A DNA stretch of 60,026 bases from a phage. Positions 37,504 through 45,861 of the stretch are shown in pieces; positions within the stretch are counted from its first letter, which is position 1; every line of letters begins with the position of its first letter. Below the pieces are notes generated by a model. It made no database searches, was not told the DNA's origin, and saw only the letters and a list, made by a program, of their open reading frames with translations. The stretch lies in the sequence record PV806339.1; one strand, given 5' to 3'. The position numbers and the translations under genes are program-made.

Positions 37504-38322
37504 TTATTCCTTCGGTGGATTTGATTGGTGGCGATTTAGCCAGATGACAATCCCGGCAGTATAATTGATCACGCCGAGCAACTCCCTAACCCTTTGGTCA
37601 TGCGTTGGCAGGTTGACGCCTTCTACGACCTTCTTGCACACCTGATAGACCAAGCCGAGCGGGCTACCGATCAGGTCGGAAATAGCGTTCATCGGCTGCT
37701 GGTGGAAAGGCAGGTCGTTTGCGTGGCGTTCCCGCCCTTTACCATACGCGGCTTGCGTCAGCGCATCATGCAGCACTTTGACTAATTCGGAATAATCGTT
37801 GCTGTCTTTGACGTCCCGGAATTCGTATTTCCATGACCGGGGGGCCGAAGGTGCCACGGCTTCCGGCGCGACGAGGGCTTCGTTAAGCGGCCAGCCCTGC
37901 GCGAAGGAGAACATGATGTAATTCATTGCGTCGATGTACTGATTCTCTTCGAGACAACGACGAATGGCGTCGGAACATTGCTTCGGCCAGTCCGGCTGCA
38001 TCCATCCCAATTCCAGTCCCGGGTTTTTGCGCTCGAACTGCACCAGACGGTCAAGCATGTAGCCGAAAGTCTTCTCGGCCTGTTCAACCGTTGGCGCGCT
38101 CAGTTTAGGGCGGCGCAGCACGATGACCGTCTCGGCGTCGGCGGCTTTCGGGATGGCGATCTGATTGTCCATCATGGAATTGATAAGTTCGAGAACGTGG
38201 TCGGTCGCGTCGTCGTCCGTTTCAAAGTCGTCCATGTCGAGGTTCAGTGCGTTCATCACTGAATTGCGGAAACGCTGCGCGGATGGCTTGCCAGCGTGCT
38301 TTTGTTTTGATGCGTCTACCAT
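37504..38322 (-). CDS. hypothetical protein (C-terminal YGKGRERH...INY motif, possibly all-alpha NTP-pyrophosphohydrolase-like)
   Basis: 272 aa, first gene after promoter 38362-38390. The family guess is weak and rests on the motif only. Confidence 0.7.
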   Translation of the reverse strand: MVDASKQKHAGKPSAQRFRNSVMNALNLDMDDFETDDDATDHVLELINSMMDNQIAIPKAADAETVIVLRRPKLSAPTVEQAEKTFGYMLDRLVQFERKNPGLELGWMQPDWPKQCSDAIRRCLEENQYIDAMNYIMFSFAQGWPLNEALVAPEAVAPSAPRSWKYEFRDVKDSNDYSELVKVLHDALTQAAYGKGRERHANDLPFHQQPMNAISDLIGSPLGLVYQVCKKVVEGVNLPTHDQRVRELLGVINYTAGIVIWLNRHQSNPPKE

Positions 38323-38324
38323 AA

Positions 38325-38360
38325 TAAAAAACTCCCGTTGGTGGATTAACCTTCGGGAGT
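38325..38360 (-). terminator. hairpin plus U-tract overlapping the initial transcribed region of the adjacent promoter
   Basis: Minus strand reads ACTCCCG-aaggttaatccaccaa-CGGGAGT-TTTTT. The 5' arm (38360-38354) starts 2 nt after the -10 element. The 3' arm contains the SD GGGAG of the next gene. Confidence 0.65.
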
Positions 38361-38361
38361 A

Positions 38362-38390
38362 ATATTAATTACACATGTCGCGTGTGTCAA
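38362..38390 (-). promoter_or_regulatory. sigma70-type early promoter, leftward operon 3
   Basis: Minus strand reads TTGACA-CACGCGACATGTGTAAT-TAATAT (17-bp spacer). The box is present in inverted orientation. Confidence 0.75.
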
Positions 38391-38399
38391 ACGCTTTCT

Positions 38400-39086
38400 T
38401 TAAATCTCGTCCCACATCTTGATCCAGCGGTTCCGGATCTTGGCCGATACGTTAGCCAGTGGCGCGCCGATTTCCAGTAGCGTTTCACGGTCGATATACT
38501 CGTTGGGGTGAATGCGGTCACTCTCCGGGTCGAAGATGTGGATGGCCGCGCCGAACCCGGCTGACGTGATTTCGCTGCTGCCTTCCTTCGGCCGGAACCA
38601 GACTGGCGGTTCAAACCCGATGCGCCCTTTGATGAAGATGGTACGCGTGGCGATAGCGTCCGGCCACCAGCTTTCTGATGTCGCGGACTTGGTCAGCCAG
38701 ATGGTTCCCGCACCTTTGGCCCGTTCTTCGTCGGCCTTGCGCATGATGTGCGTCATCCCGGTCAGGTGATCTTTCCCGGCGCGCTTCTGGCTGTAAGGGG
38801 GGTTAGCGTAGGCCCAAACGCGGGTCTTCTGGTCGAACCCGTCGCTGGCGTGGATCTCGGCCAGACGTTTTGACCAGTCCTGCTTTAACGCATTGTCTTC
38901 GGCGGTGAAGAAGCGCTGACATTTGGCGTTCTGGCCGTCGGTGAACAGGTCAAGCACGATTGGCCCGTACAGCTTGTTAATCGCTTGAAACAGCCATTCC
39001 GGCGTACGCCATTGGTCGCCGATCATCTTTGGTTCGTGTTCGTCCATGTTTTTCATGGCGTTGAGTGCATCAACATACTGGCTCAT
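38400..39086 (-). CDS. dam: DNA N6-adenine methyltransferase (phage Dam family)
   Basis: DQWRTPEWLF...LDLFT, the catalytic NPPYS motif and the C-terminal FIKGRIGF match the phage Dam (T1-type) family pattern. Confidence 0.8.
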   Translation of the reverse strand: MSQYVDALNAMKNMDEHEPKMIGDQWRTPEWLFQAINKLYGPIVLDLFTDGQNAKCQRFFTAEDNALKQDWSKRLAEIHASDGFDQKTRVWAYANPPYSQKRAGKDHLTGMTHIMRKADEERAKGAGTIWLTKSATSESWWPDAIATRTIFIKGRIGFEPPVWFRPKEGSSEITSAGFGAAIHIFDPESDRIHPNEYIDRETLLEIGAPLANVSAKIRNRWIKMWDEI

Positions 39087-40186
39087 TAAAACGTGTCTCC
39101 GTTAAGCAGGTCTTCGGCCTCGCGGTAGAAGGCTTCGTATTTGTCCTCCGACATCATTGTCAGCGAATGGACGCCTGCATATTTGCGGGTCAGATCGCTG
39201 AACGTGGACGCGCTCGCGAGGGAGTGGAGGCGGTTGATCATGTCTTTGACCATTTGCTGCGTGACCGTCTTCGGTGGCGGTGACAGCAGCAGGTTATCGC
39301 ACATCGCATGGATGAACGACGTTACTTGTGGCGGAAGCCCGACTACCAGATCTGCATCAATGCGATAGTGCGGGATTTCGAGGTATTCCGCCGCCTGTAA
39401 CGGGTATGTGTGGAAGGCGGACAGGACAACCATGCGAGCGGCCGTAAGGTCGATGGCCGCCAGTTCTTCCCATGCCGCGCGAACCGAGGCGGACTGTCGG
39501 GTGTACCGTACGTTATTCTGTAGTGACTTGATCGTGGCGCGCAGCTTAGTGATTTCCCGGTCGTGCTCGGTGTTATCGTCGGCGTGACGGCGGTGGGCCT
39601 CGGATAACTGGATTTGCAGACTGGTGACAGCGCTTTCAGCAGTATCGAGACGGCGGCCTTTGTCGTCCAGCGCTTCGCGTAGTGCAGCCAGTTCGCCCGG
39701 CGTGATGTTGGCGAGGCGCAGCGGTTCGAAGTCTTTCAGCGTCAGCGGGCCATCGCTGGTCATCTGTCCGGTCAGGCGCTGTATGTCCTGCATGGCGAGG
39801 CTTCCGGCCAGTTCGAGGCTGGTGGTGCCTGCAATCTTCGCGTATTTAGCGCGGGCGCGTACCGTTTCGAGGATGGTGCTCAGGATCTGCTGGCACTGCT
39901 CGCGCTCCCACTCGGTCACTTCGGCGGCCGTTGGCGTAACTGCGGACGGACGTTTAACCCGCGTCCAGTGAATGCGGATCTCCCGGGGCATCGCGTCACC
40001 GTCCACCTCGACTTCATCGACTGACTGGATGTTCCCTTCCGGAACGCCGCAGTTATCGAGAAGGTATTTATGCGCCACGCACAGGATATGATTCGGGGAT
40101 ATGCCGCCTTCCTGCTCGATAGCCATGACGAGGATGTCTTTCAGGCTTTTGTCGTCGGTGATGTAAGTGACTTTTGGTTCGCTCAT
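39086..40186 (-). CDS. hypothetical protein
   Basis: 366 aa. TAATG coupling to dam. Contains a coiled-coil-like central region. Confidence 0.8.
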   Translation of the reverse strand: MSEPKVTYITDDKSLKDILVMAIEQEGGISPNHILCVAHKYLLDNCGVPEGNIQSVDEVEVDGDAMPREIRIHWTRVKRPSAVTPTAAEVTEWEREQCQQILSTILETVRARAKYAKIAGTTSLELAGSLAMQDIQRLTGQMTSDGPLTLKDFEPLRLANITPGELAALREALDDKGRRLDTAESAVTSLQIQLSEAHRRHADDNTEHDREITKLRATIKSLQNNVRYTRQSASVRAAWEELAAIDLTAARMVVLSAFHTYPLQAAEYLEIPHYRIDADLVVGLPPQVTSFIHAMCDNLLLSPPPKTVTQQMVKDMINRLHSLASASTFSDLTRKYAGVHSLTMMSEDKYEAFYREAEDLLNGDTF

Positions 40187-40788
40187 TTGGATACCTTTAA
40201 GATGTTAGAGAATTCAACGATGTTGACGATTTTGTGCTGGCGGCCGCTGTTCGATCTGGCGAGGCTGGCCGACTCCATCACGCGAGGATTCATTTCAACG
40301 CGCGGCGTGCGCCCGGTACCGTATTGATCCATGCTGCTCATGCGGTCAACGCTGATGCTGTACATCTGGCTGGCCGTCATCCAGTTACCCATCGTATTGA
40401 TGAAAAATTCCATCGCCTGCAATGCGTCGAGCGCATAGACCAACGTGGACGCGTTGTCCGTGTACAGCACGTACGCGCCGACGGACGGCACAACCTTATC
40501 GACGCCGCTCATGTACTGCTCGATCCATTCTGGCGGCACTGGCGGCACGGCCAGACGTTCCCCGGTAGCCGGGCTGCCGTACGGATAGGCGAAAGCCGGG
40601 CTGGACGACACGCGACGTCCGGTAGGCGTGGTCGTCGCCATTGCTTTCGGCGCGTCGGACTCCGGCGCGGTGCATGGGGGTGGGTCGATGTCATTCGCAT
40701 CCCATGTCTTCTGGCAGTCCCGGCAATAGAATTGGTCACTATGCTGCACGACTGATAAGTGGCTTCCGCCAGTGGCTTCGATTCTCAT
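40183..40788 (-). CDS. hypothetical protein with an N-terminal CxxC motif
   Basis: About 201 aa when started at the ATGA overlap (40788). The ORF opens at 40851. Confidence 0.65.
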   Translation of the reverse strand: MRIEATGGSHLSVVQHSDQFYCRDCQKTWDANDIDPPPCTAPESDAPKAMATTTPTGRRVSSSPAFAYPYGSPATGERLAVPPVPPEWIEQYMSGVDKVVPSVGAYVLYTDNASTLVYALDALQAMEFFINTMGNWMTASQMYSISVDRMSSMDQYGTGRTPRVEMNPRVMESASLARSNSGRQHKIVNIVEFSNILKVSK

Positions 40789-41531
40789 ATCTCGACTTCC
40801 CCTTCGGTTAAAATGCGAAACGCGCCGCCGCCGACTTTCCAGCCCTGCCATACGTCGGCCAGAAGCGCCGCCCGGTACTTCCGGTGAAACACGTTATAAA
40901 TCATGTCCCAATTCTCACTCGGCAGGTCAGACGCGATACCGCCGCCCTCCCACGCCCAATCACGCGGCGACTGCGTCAGCCATTTCAGCGGAGGACGGGG
41001 GTAGGTGTACGGATTCGCCAGACCGCAGGCCACCAGCCCGCGTTTAATCCATGCACGTTGCCACCATAAATCGTGAACCGTCTTCCCGGCGATGAATTCT
41101 TCGTCCAGCATCGCGCACAGGATCGTCATGGCGGCCTTTTCTGCGTTCATGGGTACGCCAATGTCGTCCCAATCTTCCAGCGCCGCCCTGACGCCGTCAG
41201 CGCTGCCGTCGTCGTTGCTGGTGGATGAACGGTCATGCAGGATGACGTCGAACACCATGAACGGGAACACGACCTGTTCGCCGTTCCGCGTGTATTTCGG
41301 GTTAGGCTCGCTGAACATGGCCGAGTACAGGCGGCGGATGTGGTCTTCGAGATCCGGGACGAAGCCAGTCAGGTTTTCGGTGGTGTCGGCGTTAACGACT
41401 TCAAGGTCGGTTCCGTTGGTGCGGACAAGGCAGCGCGGCCCGTACGGCAGGGGGAACACGTACAGCACTTCTTTCCCGATCAACGCTTGGTTGAAAGGTA
41501 CGAATTTCATTACGTGGGTCTTCATCGGCAT
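40785..41531 (-). CDS. hypothetical protein (first gene of leftward operon 2)
   Basis: 248 aa. AAGGAG SD, downstream of promoter 41554-41582. Confidence 0.8.
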   Translation of the reverse strand: MPMKTHVMKFVPFNQALIGKEVLYVFPLPYGPRCLVRTNGTDLEVVNADTTENLTGFVPDLEDHIRRLYSAMFSEPNPKYTRNGEQVVFPFMVFDVILHDRSSTSNDDGSADGVRAALEDWDDIGVPMNAEKAAMTILCAMLDEEFIAGKTVHDLWWQRAWIKRGLVACGLANPYTYPRPPLKWLTQSPRDWAWEGGGIASDLPSENWDMIYNVFHRKYRAALLADVWQGWKVGGGAFRILTEGEVEI

Positions 41532-41553
41532 GACTCCTTTGTTATGGTACGGG

Positions 41554-41582
41554 AATATTAGTCGTACACGCGACGTACGTCA
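41554..41582 (-). promoter_or_regulatory. sigma70-type early promoter, leftward operon 2
   Basis: Minus strand reads TTGACG-TACGTCGCGTGTACGAC-TAATAT (17-bp spacer) with the conserved box. Confidence 0.75.
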
Positions 41583-41603
41583 ATAACTTTATTCGGGGCA
41601 AAA

Positions 41604-41634
41604 GAAAGCCCGCGTAAAGGGATTGCGGGCTTTT
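41604..41634. terminator. bidirectional rho-independent terminator ending leftward operon 1
   Basis: AAAGCCCGC-gtaaagggatt-GCGGGCTTT, with T-runs on both strands (the minus strand continues TTTCTTTT). Confidence 0.85.
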
Positions 41635-41720
41635 GGAAGGTGGCATCCGAAGATTACCACTGGCTTAAAGCGGACAACGCAGGAGCCGATAAGGAAGCAC
41701 TATGCCGAGTCCGCAGTTAA

Positions 41721-41999
41721 TCATATGTCGGGGTTACTGTAAATAAGATTCCAGTATTTGTACTCCTTCAAGTCCAGTTCGATGACGCATGGGTCATCCA
41801 GCGCGCTCAGGCAGGTGCCGTAGTCCTCGACAAAGACGCAGGAGGATTCCGGGTGATGCAGCAGGCGTACCCGGCGGTAGTTCAGGTGCCATTCCGGACT
41901 GAACACATGATCCTCCGGCTGGCGTATCAGCATGATCTGGCCTGTCGTTTTGACCTGCCAGTATTGGTCTACTTGGGGCGTGGCATAGGCTCCCATTTC
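41721..41999 (-). CDS. hypothetical protein
   Basis: 92 aa from the ATG 41999 with an AAGGAG SD. The longer ORF to 42128 overlaps the upstream gene. Confidence 0.65.
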   Translation of the reverse strand, partial: EMGAYATPQVDQYWQVKTTGQIMLIRQPEDHVFSPEWHLNYRRVRLLHHPESSCVFVEDYGTCLSALDDPCVIELDLKEYKYWNLIYSNPDI

Positions 42000-42000
42000 G

Positions 42001-42234
42001 TTACTCCTTTTTATCCGCTTTGTCCCGGTAAACGCGGGTACCCATCTTCCCGTAGATCTGGTCTTGCAACGTGAACCGGATGGACAGGCGGATGTTAAGC
42101 CGATAGCCCATTCGACGCAGATAGCCAAGATCCTGCGGCTTCACGCCTTCGATAAAGAACGAATCGCCGTCCTTCATCCCGAGCAGAAGTTTTTCGTGAG
42201 TTTCACGCACGCTTTTGTCGGTAGTCGCGGCCAT
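42001..42234 (-). CDS. hypothetical protein
   Basis: 77 aa, within the operon. Confidence 0.65.
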   Translation of the reverse strand: MAATTDKSVRETHEKLLLGMKDGDSFFIEGVKPQDLGYLRRMGYRLNIRLSIRFTLQDQIYGKMGTRVYRDKADKKE

Positions 42235-42236
42235 TG

Positions 42237-43313
42237 TTAAACCTCGTCGTCGTCTTCTTCGTCGTTCAGCGTTCCGGTGTACTCGACTACCTGCCCGGCC
42301 TCGTCCAGCACGCTGATCACCGCACGCAGGGACTTATCGAGTTGGAACAGGTTAGCCATCATGGTCAGGAACTGGCCGCCGTCGGTGCCGTAGCGTTCGA
42401 GCGTGGCGTCGTAGTTCGCATCAACGTCGGCCTCGCCGATGTGGATACCGGACAGGATGGCTTTGTCGGACAGGCGGAAGTACACGGTGTCGATGCCCGG
42501 GCATTGCGTATCGACTTCGAGATCCAGCGCGCGGACAGTCCAGTGACGTGACAGCAGGTCAACCACCGACTCGTCTTTGAAGATGTCCGTGTCCTTCATC
42601 TTGACGTCGTCGCCATCGTCGTGTTTCAGGTGGATAAACGCATCGCCCTTGATGCCGTCCTGCTGGCCGAGAACCGCGCGCTGCATTAACTGGCGCAGCT
42701 CATACTCGCTCGGCAGGAGGTGTTCGACGGGCCATGTGCCGAGCGCGGTACGGATCAGCGCGCTGCACTCTTCTGCCGTCTTCGCGCTCGACGTGAACAC
42801 GTACACGAACGGGGCGGACAGGATGACGTTGACGCGGGAAGGGCGGATAGGCGCGTGTTTCAGCATTTCCGCTTCCACGTCGTCCTTCATCTGCGCCCAA
42901 TCCTTGCGGTTCGGCTCCCAACCCTCGATCTCTTTCTCCCGCAACGCGGCCATGCGCTTCACGACTTCATTTCGTACGCTGACGCCGGGCAACACACGTT
43001 CGCGCTTCTCGATCTGGAAGACGATGGCGTTTGTTCCGGGGATGGCGAGGGCGAATTTACTTTCAACCTCTTCGCCGTACGCTGCAAAGCCCATTGTCTT
43101 GTAAGACGCCTCCGGCGGATCTGACACTTCATGCTTTTCGAGTGCATCGCTAAACGCTCCTTTCGCGAAAGCCGTTACGGCCTCTTCGTCAACGTTCGGC
43201 AGGTTCAGGATCAGGCGGTGCAGCGGCTTGACCTTCTCGTTACCGTCGTTGGCCGCGTCATACAGCGCGCCGAGGTGCAAGATAATGGCTTTCTCATAAC
43301 CCTTGATTTTCAT
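42237..43313 (-). CDS. RdgC-like recombination-associated protein
   Basis: 358 aa. The segment ERVLPGVSVRNEVVKRMAALREKE...VFTSSAKTAEECSALIRTALGTWPVEHL parallels E. coli RdgC (...[21 protein letters not shown]) as I recall it. Ends EEDDDEV. Confidence 0.5.
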   Translation of the reverse strand: MKIKGYEKAIILHLGALYDAANDGNEKVKPLHRLILNLPNVDEEAVTAFAKGAFSDALEKHEVSDPPEASYKTMGFAAYGEEVESKFALAIPGTNAIVFQIEKRERVLPGVSVRNEVVKRMAALREKEIEGWEPNRKDWAQMKDDVEAEMLKHAPIRPSRVNVILSAPFVYVFTSSAKTAEECSALIRTALGTWPVEHLLPSEYELRQLMQRAVLGQQDGIKGDAFIHLKHDDGDDVKMKDTDIFKDESVVDLLSRHWTVRALDLEVDTQCPGIDTVYFRLSDKAILSGIHIGEADVDANYDATLERYGTDGGQFLTMMANLFQLDKSLRAVISVLDEAGQVVEYTGTLNDEEDDDEV

Positions 43314-43656
43314 GCTCTATGGCTCCTACGTTAATTAAATTGGCTGGTGCTCCGTGGTACATCGACTGCGCAGCATGGAACATCGCGGCGCGTAGTGCTT
43401 CTTTGGCCGCCCGAAGGCCCGCCATTGATTCAGCGTACTGGTCGCTGACCGTGTTATACGCCGCCTCGTCGTTGTCCAGTGTGGCGAGGTCAAGCATTTT
43501 GGTACTGTGGGCCTGCACTTCGTCTTCCATGTCCTTGAAAAACGTCTCAAGGGCAGACAGTTTGCAGGTGATTTGGTCTAACCGGACTTTGCGCAGTTCT
43601 TGGAACTGCACGCGAACGAATTCAATGCCTTCCACCAGCCACCTCCACGACGACAT
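43294..43656 (-). CDS. hypothetical coiled-coil protein
   Basis: 120 aa, within the operon. Confidence 0.65.
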   Translation of the reverse strand: MSSWRWLVEGIEFVRVQFQELRKVRLDQITCKLSALETFFKDMEDEVQAHSTKMLDLATLDNDEAAYNTVSDQYAESMAGLRAAKEALRAAMFHAAQSMYHGAPANLINVGAIEHENQGL

Positions 43657-43957
43657 TCTGCACTTCCGGGCATGGCATATTCGTCATGGCCCAATCCAGA
43701 AACTTCACGATGTACATGCGCATGGCCGTGCATTCATCCGCGCCGCGAGCCTCGCCGTGCTTCGCGATGGCCGGGTCGCCAGACTGATAGAAGGTCACGC
43801 GGTGATTCGTGGCCGCCGACACCTTGATCCCGGTGTGCGTGGCATGGATGGTCACGCTGTAGATCCGCTCGATAGCGCGGAACGCCGGGACGACGTCGAT
43901 GCGGCCTTTCGGGTGCATGGCGTTGTTCACCATCAACGCGGTATTAGTCGGCTGCAT
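43622..43957 (-). CDS. hypothetical protein
   Basis: 111 aa. AGAGGA SD upstream of the ATG at 43957. Confidence 0.7.
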   Translation of the reverse strand: MQPTNTALMVNNAMHPKGRIDVVPAFRAIERIYSVTIHATHTGIKVSAATNHRVTFYQSGDPAIAKHGEARGADECTAMRMYIVKFLDWAMTNMPCPEVQNVVVEVAGGRH

Positions 43958-44384
43958 TCAGAGGTTCCTCTTTCAGACGGTAGGTGATGGTGTCCGGGCG
44001 AGTCGCGTCGATTTCCAGTTCAGGCATCTGCCCGGTGATCAGGCGGGACGGCGTAAGGACTGCGGTGCGCAGGCCATTCTCGAACATGATGTTGGCCGCC
44101 GTGACCAGCGAAATACTTTCGATGTGGTCTTGGGTCTGGTCGAGGCGGCGCTGTAACAGTTCGACCTTCTCCGCGTTCGTGTCCGGAATGTCGAAGGCAG
44201 ACCGCAAGCCATCGATCAACGCAATAGCGTCCGCGCGGGTCAGGGGGGTAACGATCTCGGTGTCGCCGTTGTCCTTCTCGATGTAGATCTCGCCGTCCTT
44301 CTGGCCGGGCTTCTTGTAGATAAAGGCCGTGCGGGTGATGTCGCGTACCGGACTCAGTTCAATAGGGTGGTGCGTGGTTTTCAT
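43944..44384 (-). CDS. hypothetical protein
   Basis: 146 aa, within the operon. Confidence 0.75.
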   Translation of the reverse strand: MKTTHHPIELSPVRDITRTAFIYKKPGQKDGEIYIEKDNGDTEIVTPLTRADAIALIDGLRSAFDIPDTNAEKVELLQRRLDQTQDHIESISLVTAANIMFENGLRTAVLTPSRLITGQMPELEIDATRPDTITYRLKEEPLNAAD

Positions 44385-44455
44385 CGGTGTGCGTCCTATA
44401 GGGTGTCAGGTCAAAAGGGTGGTACGCCATTTTTCAGGCGTGCCGTCCTACGTTT

Positions 44456-44827
44456 TTAAACTTCGTCGTCGTCCGAAACGTCGGTGTCAGTACAGGTCAC
44501 AACGGCCTGAATGAACATGCGGCCAGACGGGTAAGTCACCAGCGCGGATTCCATGCTGAACCGTTGGCCGTGGTGTTTCATGGCGTTCCGGATGGAAGAA
44601 TTAAGGCTGGCCCGCATCTTCGCTTTGAGGGCATTGGCCTCGTCCTGTACCTGCGAAAGCGTACGGTCAAGCGGGAGTTCTTGGGACAGGGTGTACACGC
44701 CACCGACTTCCAGCGCAATGAGGTTCCCCACGACGCTGTACACGCGCACGCGTGACGGCAGTTCAACATCCGGCTCGGTCGTCATCATTGCGCCAGTCAG
44801 TTCGGCCGGGCTTAGTTCTTTGCTCAT
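44456..44827 (-). CDS. hypothetical protein (first gene of leftward operon 1)
   Basis: 123 aa. TGGAG SD. Ends ...VSDDDEV. Confidence 0.75.
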   Translation of the reverse strand: MSKELSPAELTGAMMTTEPDVELPSRVRVYSVVGNLIALEVGGVYTLSQELPLDRTLSQVQDEANALKAKMRASLNSSIRNAMKHHGQRFSMESALVTYPSGRMFIQAVVTCTDTDVSDDDEV

Positions 44828-44869
44828 TGGGATGGCTCCAGTTGGTTCGTTAAATGTTACGTTCGGAGA

Positions 44870-44898
44870 ACAATAGTTCTACACGCGACGTATGTCAA
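44870..44898 (-). promoter_or_regulatory. sigma70-type early promoter, leftward operon 1
   Basis: Minus strand reads TTGACA-TACGTCGCGTGTAGAAC-TATTGT (17-bp spacer) with the conserved box. Confidence 0.7.
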
Positions 44899-44948
44899 TT
44901 CATTTCATCCAGTAATTATGATGACCGGGTGACACTCCAGTTTAGTTT

Positions 44949-45187
44949 CAGCCGGATGACTTTTTGAAGTAAGGCGGGTGGCCGGGCCGCCGGGCTTCAA
45001 CCGGGTAACTTTTTCAAGTAAGCGCGGAACGTCGCAACGACAACCGGACAGGTTTTTCAAGTAAGCCCGTCAGCCGGGTGAAATTGCCCCGACGCTGGTG
45101 GACAAAACCGTCAGCCGGGTAGGTTTTTGAAGTAAGAACTGGCCGCGTCGTTCAAAATTTTTCAACCGGGTAACTTTTTCAAGTAAG
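44949..45187 (+). repeat. five ~25-bp iterons CA(A/G)CCGG(G/A)(T/C)RNNTTTTT(C/G)AAGTAAG
   Basis: Copies at 44949-44973, 44998-45022, 45041-45065, 45112-45136 and 45163-45187. Copies 2 and 5 are identical. Partial copies lie at 44921-44940 and 45071-45085. Confidence 0.9.
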
Positions 45188-45493
45188 CCCGTCGGGAATT
45201 TTTATAGAGAAAGTCAGGCCCGGCGCGGCCTGCCGTTGTGGGCGGTTGTCGTTTTTGGCGGGATTTCGTACAAATCGTTATAAATCAACGGCTTAACCTA
45301 TGCGCCGATCGGCCTGTTTTGGCCCGGTTGGCGTCGGTTTTTCGTATAGAGTTCAAGTGTTTAGGACGTGGCGCGGTGTGCCGTTTGGCGGTGTGCCGGG
45401 GCGGGGGCCGTGGGGCGCGGCGGTGCAATGCGGCCCGGCGTGGCGATCGGTGGCGCTTTTATGTGCGGTTAATCAAATAATATGAAAAAAGAT

Positions 45494-45523
45494 TTGACGC
45501 ACGCCGCGTATATCATTTACATT
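45494..45523 (+). promoter_or_regulatory. sigma70-type promoter, rightward cassette 1
   Basis: TTGACG-CACGCCGCGTATATCATT-TACATT, followed by the leader hairpin CCC-TTCG-GGG. About 65 bp are shared with the promoter at 48128. Confidence 0.65.
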
Positions 45524-45587
45524 TAAATTCCCTTCGGGGGACGGGGCAAAAAGTCCCGGCGATAAACTAACTTTATGAGGTGTCACG

Positions 45588-45848
45588 ATGGAAAAGGTAT
45601 ACAACGCGATCAAGGGTCAGACGTTGCAACATTGGTTATCAATCGTTATTAAGCGCGACGAAAGCGGCACGGCAACGGTTGAACTGCATAGCACGATCCA
45701 CGTTAACCGGGTGAGCACGCTTTCTTTTTCATGGGGGAAGGAATTCACCGACGCCGATATTTTAAATGACAATGATTTATTACGCGTTATTTATCAGAAG
45801 TACGGCCGCGAAATTTTCACCGCCGAATATACCCGCGATTTCAAATAA
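45588..45848 (+). CDS. hypothetical protein
   Basis: 86 aa. GAGG SD. Confidence 0.7.
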   Translation: MEKVYNAIKGQTLQHWLSIVIKRDESGTATVELHSTIHVNRVSTLSFSWGKEFTDADILNDNDLLRVIYQKYGREIFTAEYTRDFK

Positions 45849-45861
45849 GAGGATCAACACA

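Noticed and set aside
44949-45187. Iterons as IHF sites
   Set aside because: The TTTCAAGTAAGC portion fails the WATCARnnnnTTR consensus at several positions, including the TTR element.
45238-45485. 80-aa and 61-aa ORFs in the GC-rich spacer upstream of the rightward promoter
   Set aside because: They are Arg/Gly/Cys-rich, lack an SD, lie upstream of the promoter at 45494, and overlap short DNA repeats. The region is more likely regulatory or origin DNA.
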